A stretch of DNA of 64,000 nt from the human T2T-CHM13v2.0 reference genome, Homo sapiens. The notes below the pieces were generated by a model. The model was not told the origin of the DNA. It ran no database searches and saw only the letters and a list, made by a program, of their open reading frames with translations. The stretch lies in NCBI RefSeq assembly GCF_009914755.1, contig NC_060931.1, one strand, 5' to 3'. Below, piece after piece: positions 32,244-46,831 of the stretch (positions are counted from its first letter, which is position 1; each line of letters opens with the position of its first letter). A program made the position numbers and the translations under genes.

Positions 32244-34304
32244 AAAGTGTCCTAAAATATAAGCAGATATTAAATTTATGCTTTCTTTCCTCTGAAAAAT
32301 AGGTCAGAATCTACAGATAAAAACATTGGTATTTGTGAATTCCAGTAACTGTTTTATTCAAAATAAAAAAAATTGTCAAATAATCATAAAACTTACTTTG
32401 TCAAAAATCGTTGAATACATAGTCTCACAAAACATTTACACAGTGAAATAAAAAGTTAATTTTATGCAAAATGGAGGTTTGTTTTGATGGCCACCTGTTT
32501 CCTAGGGCATGCTAGGAGTTCAAGTGCTCATTAGAGGATGCATTGGCAGTGCGGCTTGTCCTCCGAGTTGCCCCTGATTAGTCCCTAGGGGTCTAGTGAA
32601 AGGGAGATATCTATAAGAATGTGGCCTGATTCTTAAAATAAAATAATGAGTTAGGGACCAGGAAAGATTTAGGTCAATTTTTATTTGACACAGACCATGG
32701 CAACTTTTTAATAACATGAATGCGATTATAGATAGAACCTAATTATACTGATTGCTACACAAGAGGAGCTTCAGCACTTCTATTATTCGATGGTCAAAAA
32801 ATGTTCTCAAAAACACCAGAAATTCAGGATCTCTACAAAGAAGAATAACATGTTTAACTGCAATATAATTAGCAGTTTCTATGGCTTTTGTTCAGAAGAG
32901 ACAATAATAGTTTTGATTCTTGAAAATGCCTAATTATATGAAGAAGGAAATTCAAGGCAGAAAAGCAGATAATTTATAGCATAATTTTCTAAGTAATTAG
33001 AATTCGTGCAAAACAATTCTTATCACACATTCTGTTTAATCTGAAAGATCTTATTATCCTTTAAGAAGTAAGAATTCAAATTTAACATTAACTACCATGT
33101 TTTTTGAACTTTTCTAATTGTAATATATTGAAAATAAATAATAATTATTTATTTATTTAGTATCCTATCTTGGTGAACTAAATAGTACAAAAGTTGCTAT
33201 ATTTACACGAATTTGAAGAGTTCTTTTTATATTGGGGAAGTGATATTTTATTTATATAAATCATATTACATAGCTATAAAGTTTAAGGTTATGACATAAA
33301 ATTTAAAGTTGTAACATAAGATGTATAATTTGTGGTTTCATATTTGAGTTTTAAGTTGTTGTTTTGTACTAAAAATCTTCCTTGTTTTTCTTTACTGAGA
33401 GCTTCTGACAAAAAGATGTTTACAGGGAAAAAAATTGCAAATTACTACATATTGTAAATACTATTGGCTGTTTTATAACTATTTATTATTTAAAATACAC
33501 CATTAGTCTTTGTGTGGTTCCAGTTAAAGACAGTTAATTCATAATAACCTCTTCTGAAAACAACTGTTTTAAACCACTGTACTTTGAGACTTTTCTTGAA
33601 ACCCAAAAGTCACAACCTCTACTACATATTTTTAAAATTCTTAATATGTAGTTATGGAAAATTTTTAGGCTGTCATAAAGAGCATTTTTTTCTAAAAAGA
33701 AAAATTTAAAAGCAAAAATTTCTAAGAGTGCTAGCAGCTGTATTAATCTGACACTGTCTCAGTGAAATGGTTCGAGCAGTGTTAGATGGGCTTTCATTGA
33801 TTGTTGCTTGAAAATCCAACCTAGCTGTTCAAAGAACACACTTAGCCTATGTTCTTATCTTCCCAGCTTAAATGGAATAAGCCACTAATTTGAGATGGAC
33901 AAAGAATTTAGCCCTCTTAAATTGCAAAATTTGAATTAGATCACAAATGAGCAGTAAATTGAATCTAAATAATAACACATCTGCCCTGTCATACACATTA
34001 TTTTGTGCTAAAAGTAGGGATATAAAATAATCTATTCAGGTAGAAGGGAACAAAAACCACTTTTATGTCGCTTTTAATAATCAAAAGTATAATATACTTT
34101 GGTAGTTTAGTTGAGTCCTTCTCAAGTTTTAATGTGGGCTCTTGATAGGTACAGATTCTCATTCAATACAACTGGGTGGGCCCTGAGAGTCCACATTTTG
34201 AACAAGATCCCATGGATGCACATCCTTTTAGTTCAAGGGCCACACACGTAGTAGCAGGGGTCTATACAAGCTAAGATTTCAGTGATTTTACTATGTATAA
34301 ATAA

Positions 34305-34669
<365 letters not shown>

Positions 34670-37614
34670 TGGTATGGTCTTTTATCTTATCTTGGAACAG
34701 TATATATCTGACTCGACAAACATTCCTTACATGTAAATATTTTGCAAATTGCAGAAATATGCAAATTTTTAACATGATAAAATTAATTTCATAAAATTAA
34801 TGGCAAAATTAATTTATTCTCAGTTATCACTAAATTTCAGTTTACAACTAACTTTTTGCAGAATACTTAATTTGATTATCTATAGTTTGGAAGTGATCTT
34901 GTAGATAGCACTTTGAAGATAATAAAATACAATACAAATACATGCTCTCTGTTGTTCATGATTATTTCAAATATTTACTTCTGTAAGACTGCCAATTTTT
35001 CAAATATTGCTTTTAATGATAAACTTTCAAATACTCAGTGTAATAACACCAATGTCACGACACCTAGGCAATTTGGTGGGTACAGTTCTAAATTGCTGCT
35101 TATGACTATAATGAAGTATTATTGGTCTTTGTTCAGTGCAGGCAGTCCATTAATCCTATTTCCTGTTTTTTTGTCTTTTTTTTTCCCCTTATTTGACTGT
35201 TCATATGGAGTTGTTTGCGTAGGTACCTCATCAAGACTAATAAAGGTTTTTCTAAACTAATCTGATACTTCCAACTTTCTTTTGAATAAGCACGTTTCCT
35301 CTCATTTTATTTTATTAGCACAAAGAAACGGTTTCCACTATCTTTATAAATTAAATTTAAGTTAGGTTTACTTTCTAGTGGAACTACTATTTTCTACCTT
35401 TTCCCATAAAATAACTATCAGAAAATACCTAGAATCATTATTCCTGGACAATGCTGAGTTTTCTATAATTAGATATTAATTAGAATAAAATTATTAGACC
35501 ATCTATAAGACATGTTATACATACATTTATTAGTTAAAAACAACAAAGAAAATATATTTCCCTATCTTTTGAAATAATATGCCTCCAGATCTTACTGAGA
35601 CCAATGAAAATGCTTAGAGATTTTATGTAAATAGAAAGGCAATTTAAAAAATATGCCAACAAACACAATTTACACATTTACATAGTAAAAACCAAAGAAA
35701 TTGGGAAATGACTATGCATTTTATTTCTTTAATCATAAAATAGGAAGGCAGTAAAATTACTGGCATGTAAAAATTCTCTAGCAAATAACATGTTAAATAT
35801 TTATTGTCCATATTGTAGGAGTATTATCGTGTTTATCATTGATTAAGATGAAAAAAATTACTTAAGAAAATTATTTAGAACATGTATTTTTTAAGTTCTT
35901 ATTTATTCATTCCTTTAAATAATCAAAGAAAAAATTAAAATCTTAAAGCAAAATAAAACCCCTTAACTCTGAGAAAAATGTCTGGATCAAGAACCATGAT
36001 TATTCCTATTAATTAATTTATTATCATTTTTCGTGTGGCTTTTAAAGTGCAGAGACCAGCTGAAGAGACCTTATTTTACTGTGATGATAGTCCAGGGTGT
36101 CAGTTATCGAGCTTCTACTGAATAGAAAAGAATACTGTTTCTGGTTTCTCCCCACTCTCTGATTACTTCTTTCTAAACACCAATCTACTTTTCATCTCAT
36201 TATTTTTTCTATGATTCCTGTTCACAATTTACTTATAGTTAGGGACATTTGTCACTGAGATAACACAATTTAAAAATCTACAATCATATAATCTAGAAAT
36301 AATATACAGTTTTTCTGGTTCCAACTGATTCCCGTCCTTTTCTTCAAAACTTAAAACAATAATTTCCAATTTCTTGTTTTGAACTCTCTTCTACACACGC
36401 TTTCTAAGAGAAGACTGGGTGTATTTAGACAAAGGAAAGCTGCCTCATAAATTGTCATGTCCTGCTTTCATTTTATAGTGAAATCCCCACTCTGTAGTTG
36501 TGATACTAGATTGAGAGCCTGAAAATCAATGGAATCCAAACATTTGTTTAATCTAAAGGGAGATGGATAGTAACTCCTCCCTTACTCTATGAGTTAAACA
36601 ATGGTTTTGAGATATAAAGACATTTTGGAAATATATGAATATGATCCTATAGATGTATTAAGACTTCTAGGGTTTTTCATTAGATAAAAAGTACTATGAT
36701 TTTATCCTGGAAGGCAGGGTTTTCACTTAATTTTGTTTCTTATAACAGTTCCTTGAACCTAGTGGATGCTATTTGCATTTAAAAAAATGGAAGTTGCCAG
36801 AGTACATATTGGTAGCTACCAAATGTAGTTCATACACTGTGCTATTATCAGTGATTCTGGGAGGACTTATATCAGCAGTAGGGAAATGAGAAGAGAATAA
36901 CATTCTGTGTAACTGGGGTGATTTAGAAACCTAAATTTTCTACAGGTAAATAGAAACATTGTTGAATGAGAGGAGAAGAGACTAGACTTGAGAATATAAA
37001 AATACTTACTGAAAATCAAAAATTTAAAAAGAAACAAATTGATAAACAGTAACTGAAATGAATAGTTTAATCTCTGTAGAAAAATACCTAGTCTTAACTT
37101 CTCATTAATAATGTAGCTATTTTACCTCTATCATATTATATTACATAGTATCTTAATTGTTTTTACGGACAACCATATGGTCAGATATAAAATGGTAATC
37201 TGAGTATTCTTAGGAATTAATATATGTTCCAGTAACATTTTTTTAATGTTTTGAGCTTATAAAAAAGTCCTTAAGTATGTATCACCTGTAACTTGCATTA
37301 TAAAATTGAGAGTTAAACCTTTGGATAGGAGACTATATGGTACAGTTTGGGGATATTTATTTCAGTTTGTTGATGTCATTGATTTTATTAAGATGATACA
37401 TGTTTAATATAATCAAGTAATGACAAAAATCTCATCAGGAAATTATTATTAACCATTAGGAATTATTTTCTTTTTTCCCTTTCTTCCTTCCTCTCCTTCA
37501 ACATTCTTTGCAGATTCCTTCCAAACAGCTAAGTTTTTTTTTTTTTTCAATTTTGTTTTCTCTTAAGGATTACCTGTTTTCCTACCCTACAGAATATGTA
37601 ATAATTCCAATTAA

Positions 37615-37914
<300 letters not shown>

Positions 37915-39519
37915 TAAAATAATTCAGAAAAATCTGTAAACACGTTGAAAAGTTACATTTTTGATGAGTGTCTTATGCTATTAGCCTACGTTAAATCTAA
38001 CAATAATTAAAATTTAGCAAATCTTCAAGCAAAGTAATAAAAACCATACTTCTAATGACAAAACTGCACCCATATTAATTTATAAAATTACTACTAGAAA
38101 CAAATTATGATTTATTTTAAAAGTATAACTCTATTTTTGAATAGATTTTTAAAGTAATAATAATAACAAATATATAATGGTATACAATTTAAAATGCAAA
38201 ATGTATATGATAATAAGAAAGTACCATAGGAAACTGATATATGGCTGAGAACAAGGACTTTGATATTCTCTTGTCTAATTTCTTTAGTCATGTAGTAACC
38301 CATATATTTCTACCTTGAAAATGTTTATTTTAAGGGCATCTAGATACACATCTTCTTTACCAGTATTATTGGGGAAACATTTTTAAAGACCCTTTACCTG
38401 AATAACATTTTTAGTTGATATATGAAGCTTAGAACATTTTTAATGCTTTTTTGTCATGTGTAAGTAACTTAGCAATAGGTATGTCACTAAGCTTAGAAAA
38501 ATGCTTTTTCTTTTTATGGAAGCAGAGTCGATTTACTTTCATCAAAATGAGCAGACACCATTAAGCAAGAATTCCTGTATGTATAGATTCAGTCTAAGGA
38601 AAGGACATAGATCACTATCACTTCATCTGGTCTTGTTTTCCCTACGCCACTTTGATTGCTTTCCTAGAAATATGTGGCTGCACAGTTTAATGAGACTGTG
38701 CATTTTACTACATTTTTAGCAACTCAGTATATTTATGTATTTTAATTGTTCCATTCATTAAAATTCTTACACAATATTAAGACAACATCAATTGAATTTT
38801 TTTATTTTTGTAGTAGTTATTTTTCCAAATGCATTACATAAATTAATTCATATGTGATTCTCGTAACAACCAAATGAGAGAGAAACTGCAGTTATTCTCA
38901 TTTGAAAAGGAGAAATTGATCACAGAGAGCTTACACTAGATCACAAAGAGATCTCTTTACAGTTGTCGAAGTCAGACAGTAGGTCTCCATGCTGTTAACA
39001 ATCATCCCAAAGATTATAGTTGATGACCCCTCATGAAAAATTTAAACGTTAAACTGTGATGTAGCAGGAGAGTCATAAGTGCAGTTAATGTCTTCTTAAC
39101 TAATTTATTGAAAAAAATTTAATGGAGAATTAACCTAATTGTTTATTTAAGTTTATTAAGTTATAAGTATTGTACTTACTAGAGATAAATTAACACGTAC
39201 AGAAACACATTTCATTACAATTTAGCCTTGGCTATTGTTTATAATTTCATTGTTTCATCTTCTAATTTTGTAAAACACAATGTGTTTTATGATTTTAATA
39301 CTGAAGCTAAAACTACTACTAGAAACATATTACATATTCCTGATGTACTAATTTCCCCACATAATGATAGTAGCTATCAATTAAAACATAATCAAATAGC
39401 TTGACAACATTTTAAGGAAGACAAGCATAAATTCCAGAGTTGTTTGTTGCATCAATTTACTAAATATGTATTGTCTACTTTGCATAGAGGTGTATATAGG
39501 TAACAGCAGCAGCAATCAC

Positions 39520-39745
39520 AGTTAACATGAGCATTTACTATATTATCAGATACTGTTCTAATTACCCTATATACACTGTCTCATGCATTCTCAGAAAAAC
39601 AGTATGAGATATTACTATTAACCCTTTCTTACAAACCATAAATGTGTGGCAAATATAAATAACTTAAATGACTCCCAAAGTCACGTAAGTAATAAATGGA
39701 GGACCTGGGATATAAACTGAGGCAGATTAACTTTAGGGCCCATGA
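39520..39745. mobile_element. MIR-like SINE fragment
   Basis: GAGCATTTACTAT...TATGAG...TACTATTA.CCC..TTTACA...TGACT.CCCAAAGTCAC; similar weak MIR pieces near 28090-28260, 42945-43080, 47690-47890 and 57340-57410. Confidence 0.55.
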
Positions 39746-42700
39746 AGAGATTCATTAGTTTCTTATTTCATATATCATAGGGTAAGAGGCTGGATGTTAG
39801 GCCCTGTGATAACTACAAACATACATCTATCTGGTCTTGGGGTTCAAAGGTGGAAACACTTAAAATCCCATGGGCAAATGGTAAGGCTATATGAAAAAGA
39901 CAGCAAATTTGAGGGCCACCAGCTCTATTTGATTTGAGTATGGTAGAGTTTAATATTGGAGAGGTCACTTAGGATTAGATGATAAAGGACTTGACAGGCA
40001 GCAGAATCTGGATTCAATTTGCTTGTAAATTGAGAGACATAAATGATTTTTGAACAGGAGAGTATTGTGATAGTAATCAGTGCTGTATTTAGGGAGAAAT
40101 CTATCAGTTATATCTAAAAAATGTACATATGGCTTAAAGTGTTATGCAACTTATAAAATTAAGCATAATCAATAACTTTATTAAAATAAATTTTAATTAA
40201 TAAAAAATTGCATCCAGAATTTGTGCTAAGCCTGCAGACACAATTTCTAGGTATAATTATCTAAATTGATATTTGTAAAAATAAATATGAGAAAATATAT
40301 TCTCATAAGTCAACATTTCCCTCTGTCTCAGTATTCATTTTATAGGGCATCTGAGAATTATATCTTATATAATAGTAGAGTAGATATATGAACACATATT
40401 TTATCAACATGAAAAGGCAGGTTATTTTGGAACTTTAAAAAATTTAAATATTATATGACCTTTTGAGATATTGTCATTAATATCTTCCACTGTGAAAGTT
40501 CCTGAAATCTTCTATTCTGAAAGTATTTGCATCAAACCTGCATTGAATATTTCATAATATTGTAAACCCATTCCTTTCACTCAGAGTGATTAGGGTATAA
40601 CAAGTGGCTTTTTTTTTTTTTTTCTGGTCAAAACTCTCCATTCCATTAAAATTCAATGGCATTGCTTCCCGTCATTCAGCTTGATCTGGGTAAAATCCTT
40701 TAATTCCCCAGCCCCTGCTGTTGGGGAGCTCTAGGCTCATCACACTTAACCTCTGCCTGGGCTTCTCAGAATAGAATTTGTTTCACCCCATTCATAGCTT
40801 CAATAGTTGAGCAAGCCACACGCAAGTGCACACTGGTCTTTTACCCTGAGCACACTAATCTGATTGTTTTTCCACTCTACAAACTCTGGGTCAACAATCA
40901 AGCTGCCGCCAGAAACTAATTAATTTGCAAACAGGCTTCTGTTTTCACAGAGGGAAAGCTTTTGAGAGCCATGTCAGGGAGGCCGGTCACACCATGGTTA
41001 CATGCATTGTCATGGCATCCACTTCTCTTGGTAAATCTCTTGCTTGATGTCACTGCACACAGGAACCCAGATTACCCAGTCAGCAGTAAATCCCTATTGA
41101 GACCCACCAAGCTTTGAATGTAGTGACTCTAGAAGAGGAAATTGGTATAGACAGGCTGTGTATTCATTAAACTGATGGTGAGACAAGAGAGAAAAAAAAG
41201 GAAAAAACAAGAGGAAAAAGGAAGCTGCCTTTGATATAAAGAATTGTCCAATATATTGTCTCATGTTTTGATCAACTTTCATTTAAAAAGCAGGATTACC
41301 TTGAGAAAATATAATAATACTTCTAAATCTTAGATTTCTACTCTCATCAACTGTTAATTTCAAAGTAAGAAATTCAAAATTTTCTGCCTATATGCCACAT
41401 CTGAGAGTTGTATGTTTTAGCCCAACATTAAAAAAATTCAAATGGAAAATTTGAACAATTTTATTCAGGTCACTTTTCTTAGAAGCCCGGAAAAAATAAA
41501 ACCAGTTTTCAAATATATTGCCATTAATGAGTTAATTTTTATTCCAAAGCTTTATTCATATTTCCTTATTAGTAATTTCAAAAAACTTGCTAAAAGTCTT
41601 TATGTTCCTTAGACAAAAAGTGACAGAGAAAGTATGTCCTTGATAAAGGATATCAAGTGATGGTATATTTTGGTAACTTTTAGTTCTTTATGAAAAAAAG
41701 ATGTATTTAGTGATTTGATTAAATGTATTATTATTTAGAGAGTAGAATAATTTCATGGTGTATATTTATTGTTTAAAAAGATACATTTATAATGGCTGTG
41801 CATTATTTGTTGGGACGAAAATGTTTCTGAGTAATAGATTCTTGAGGAAACAAAACTACTAAGTTGTGTTTAGGTATAGACATAACTATTATTCTAAAGT
41901 TTGCATATTTGAATTTTCAGCATAATTTCAAGAAAATACCTTAAGTATTCTCATTTTATTTCTGTGACTTTATACATTGATACTCCAGAATTGCTAGCTA
42001 ATGCATACACTACTTACTCATAGAATACATAATTCAAACGTTTTAAAATACTGCATTCTTGTTTTCTTCTTTCATTGACTATAAAAACTAAGAGGACCTT
42101 TGTTGTTGCTGTTGTTTTAACTGAATGATCACTCAGCTTCTCTAACACTCATCTGCTCAAATAACCATAAAACAGGCTTATAGAGGGCTTTTTCCCCAAA
42201 GGTCAGCAAAATACTATAACTTGCTTAAGCCAAAGAAATAATCAAAAATGACATCATCGTTAAGTCTGACTTTATGCAAAACTAGATGATCTGTTTTAGT
42301 TATTAAAGAAAATGCAATTGGATACTCTGACGTTTTTTATGTCTCCAAAGATAGTAAGATCGAAATAGTGTATTAAAAGAGCTGTACAAGTGTACAAGTG
42401 ATTTGAGATTGGGTATCTGGTAACGTGTAATGTTAACTTGCGTATTCATAGTTTATTTGCAGTCATATGTTTCATCACTGGGTCTAGTTTTCTAAAAGCG
42501 CATGTTGTGGAGAAATTTGAATCTTAAGAGAGTACGAAATATCCTAGTACATGACCACAGAGGAAGCTACGCTGATTCCAATAAGGGCAGGCCATCAGGG
42601 TATGAATATTACAAGTGAGAGGAAGTGAAGTGATGACTTGCATACCATTTCAATTACAGAAAAAGAGCAAGTGAGTTAGTCTATCTACAGGCACGATCCT

Positions 42701-45700
42701 TTTAGGAAATTCCACTAAAAGAAAACAGGTCTTCCTGAAATGAGTGGGAAGGCGTCACACTCCAGGCATTGTAATTAGGTCTGTTTGTGTTCCCCAGGCC
42801 TTGGGATCCATGTGGTTTCATATATTAAACCCGACTCTGGCTGCCCTTTCACCCTGACTCAAATATAATCACTCACAGAGTGAGTCAGGCCAAGCTTCCT
42901 AAGCCTGCTCCACCCAACAGAAGTGGGATAAAGGATACCCAGATAATTAGCATTTATTAAGTGCTTACTACATACCAAGAACTTGCTCAGTGTTTTTTAT
43001 ACATTAATATGTGGTCATTTTTCCACAACAACTATAGGAGATAGGTAGTGCCTCTGTTCATTTTATTAATGTAAGGGCCAAAGTAAAGTGAAACCCTGCC
43101 TCATTCTAAAGATAGTCTTTCTTCCAAATCATGTATCATCCCACTATTACTCCAAGACATAAACAATATTGGAAAACAGTCTCCATCAAATAAGAAAAAT
43201 AAATGTGAGCTAGAAAAATAAACTGCTCTAATGAATGGTTAATATGGACAATAACTAGGTAGTAGTATTTTCATACTAAATGTTAAGATATCATTATGAT
43301 AACAGCAGCATAAACTTATTTGTTTCCTTACTATAAATATACACAGAACAATTTTACTTTATTTCCACATTAAGCTGAAATTGGAATTGAAATTTGAAAT
43401 CATATAATACTGAGAGAATTTATGTAGTACAAGAAAAAAATACTGGTACATCATGCCAAACCCCTAGCAGTATATTTTCTGAAATAAAACATTGTTATAA
43501 CATTTAGAAACCCTAAATTAGGGTTTATCGTAACTAATGAAGATGTTTTAAGAACGTTATTACATGTTAAAATGTAAAATACACAACAGACTCCATTGTC
43601 TGAAGTTTCTTAATCTGAAAGTGTTATTCATTCCTAAATTTTCCTGCTAAAACTGAATTTAAACATTTATTGGCATTATCATATAAATTTTCTAATTATG
43701 AAAGTAGTGAAACTCCATTTTAAAAAATCAAGATATTTCAAGTTACAATTTTAGAGAACTGTTTGGTTGTTTGCTTTTCCTTACCGGGAACAAAAATTAA
43801 AAGTCATCTAAAATAGGTGAACTGATTCTTCCAAAAGAGTTGAACTGATTTGAGAAAAATAAAGTCCTATGCTGAAATTAATTTTAATATTCCTGAAGAC
43901 CTTTAAAAACTACTTTGCAAAGCAATGTGTTAATTCTGGAACACGTATGATTGTATAGTCTATGCTGATGCCTCAAAACTCATTTATTTTATGCATGAAT
44001 GTGTAAACATTGTTTTCAATTTTATTCTGTAATGGTATTTAATTTCACAAGGCTTGTGATTCAGAGTCCCTTGGTTCTATCCCAAACATACCTGTATCTT
44101 CCATCTTGCAGCAGTTCTGTTTTTTGCACCCTGTCAGATGTAACCTTTGTGCTAATTTGGAAAAATCAGTTCTCACGTTTAGTGCTGAGAGACTGATAAC
44201 TGAATTCTCAAATGAACTACACATTTTCAGAGATGAAGTACAGAGCTGTGGACAATGCCTGTGTTTTCCCACAGTGTAAATTCTTCAGACTCAGCTGTCA
44301 ACATGTGAGTGTGCAGCATAAAAGCAGCTTTAACTTGATGGGTTTTTTTCTCCAAGGCCATAAAAATGAAATGGATACTATACTCTCCTTTATGTTATTC
44401 CATCTTCTAATGAGATTTTGTTTCTCATGGACAGAGAAAGCCTTTATGCCCTTTAGGGTACTTAGTAGATCAAAGTCTTCTTTCTAAATAGAAAAACAAA
44501 CATTTTCCCTCCCACACAAATATTTCAGTTTGAGAACAAACCAGATAGAAATGTTAAGAGAGTTTTTTTTTTCCTACTAATTTTGCCTCTGCACACATCC
44601 TAGGTCTAATAATTTATATTGGATATTCTAGAATATTCCCCTGGGTTTTTGGAGTTCTGCACATGCTCTTCTCTTCATCTCAGCACCTTTTCATTTCCCT
44701 GGTGAGGCATCACATTTCTCACATGGTCACCCAGGTACCATGAGACCCCGTCTATCCCTGGTGGCAGAGGAACATTTGACTACATGTCTAATCCCCTTTG
44801 ATTACCACAGTGTTTGTATGCAATCATCAATTATGTTAGGCATCATTAGCATTTTAAAGAATAAAGAAGTTATGCCAAATTTAGAGAAAACTTGGGAGAG
44901 CAAGAAATAAGGGAAGCTAAGAGAAGAGATTGAAAAAGAATGGGCTAGTTAATGATAAATACTGCAAGAGACATTGTCAAAGTAGAGATTAATAAAAAGT
45001 AATAGAAAATCATTAGTGTCCTTTGGAGGAATAATTTCATGGAAGTAATTATTGGATGAATGCCAGGTTTAAAGTAAAGGTAGTGAAACATTGAGGAAAC
45101 AAGTCCTAACCAGGCTATGAACTTAGATATATTGGGACTTTGTGGCATACCATGAGAGAACAGTTTTGCATGGGATAAGTAAGATTTCAGCTTGGGGGAA
45201 GAAATCAGTGCTGAAAAAGAGATAAAGATAGCAAAGGAAATGTAAATTGGCTAAATTAACCAAAGAACATCAATGCCATTAAAAGCCAAGGCTGAAGGGT
45301 CAAACGTGGAGGCAGGGAGCATGCCTTTGTCACTACCACATGGAAAATTATAGGACATTCAGAAATGCTGTCATAGGAGGGAAGAGATGCTGACTGAGGT
45401 AATTTGAGGTATGTTTTATGTTTTGAGTAGTCACTTTGAAGTATAGGATCGATCAGAACAAAGGTTGTCACACAACTCATGGTCTCCTGGAATTTCAATG
45501 AGGTCTATAGGTAGACCTGTGATTTTTCTCTAATAACTAATGGAAGACAGAAGGAATGAACTAAATTTTGGGGTTCCTGGAATAAGGCAGGAAAACTAAG
45601 TGTGGCAGAAGTTCATAGAATGAGATATTCAGGCATCTTACTGAGAACATGACTATAAACGATAAGCCTCTTTCTTATTAATGAATTATGTAAAACCAGG

Positions 45701-46711
45701 AAAAATTTCATGCTTCATTCTTATGAACGAGTTATATACAAGCAGGAAAAAATTCATGGAGGGATAATTGGAGATTGGGTGGCTTTATTTTTTAAGATTG
45801 AAGGTAGGTATAAATATAGATAATTAAGTAATGATAAAAACAACCATGATTAATATAGTAGGGACCTTTATAAAAATTTTTGGTAAATGTGTAAATGACT
45901 AAAAAAAAAAGAACTCTAGGTAGAAGGATATAAAAGGATTGCTTAGTTAAAATTTTGAATAAGAGTAGTATTTATTTATTTTAGGTATATACATTTTGTG
46001 CATTTTCTGCTATGCCAAAATTATTTTCTATACTAAAAAGAAAAGAGAGTAATAGTAATAAATAATAATAAGCATCTACTTGATCAAGTAGTTAAGCCAG
46101 TGCCTGAAGTTCAGAAAACTGGGTTTCTGTTCTAAACAATCTTCTACTAGATTAGATAATAATCCTAACCTATAAATTGGGAGAGGGGTTTTAAGATGAT
46201 TAAGATTAAATGTGAATCAAATGAAATCATGATTTAAAAGACATTTGAAATTTTGAAAAGACTATTAATATGTTATTCACACTGCAATAACATTCAATTT
46301 TTGACATTCACTAGTATATAAGATGACGTTTTCAAGGAAACAATAAGAGATGTAAAGGAAAAAAAAAAAACTACACTGTAAGATTTGTTGTGGTGTCCCC
46401 ATAAGACAGAATTGGTAAGTCATCTTATCTTTTTCCATTTCCTCCCTTCCGTAGCTCCGGTCCAGATCTTTCTTTCCATAGCTAACTACTGAGAAACTTC
46501 AACTTTGGCACTAAATGAATCTTTCCTGAATATTTAATCTCTCTTTTCTTTCTTTGCCGAACTTTCTCACACCCACCATCATGAAGTCACCACCATTAGC
46601 TTAACTGCACAATAAATTTCAAGTCATATTGCATGTACTGTAAAAGAGTTCTCTAGTAACTTAATACAGTTACACATGTTACATGTCTATGTTCTTTCAT
46701 AAACCACCTAC

Positions 46712-46831
46712 CATTGAGCCACCTGGAATCATGCTGCTCTGTCCTGATTGGGTGGTGGTGCCCAAGAGTTCGGAAGATAGCAAAGTCTCGCCCCATAAAA
46801 TCAGCTGCAGTTCCAGAGTATAATTCTCCAT
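46712..46831 (-). CDS. SEMA3A: SEMA3A exon 6, 120 nt, (D)GELYSGTAADFMGRDFAIFRTLGHHHPIRTEQHDSRWLN(D)
   Basis: Inside ORF 46653..46859; acceptor acacag|AT, donor AATG|gtaggt; phase 1->1. Confidence 0.97.
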
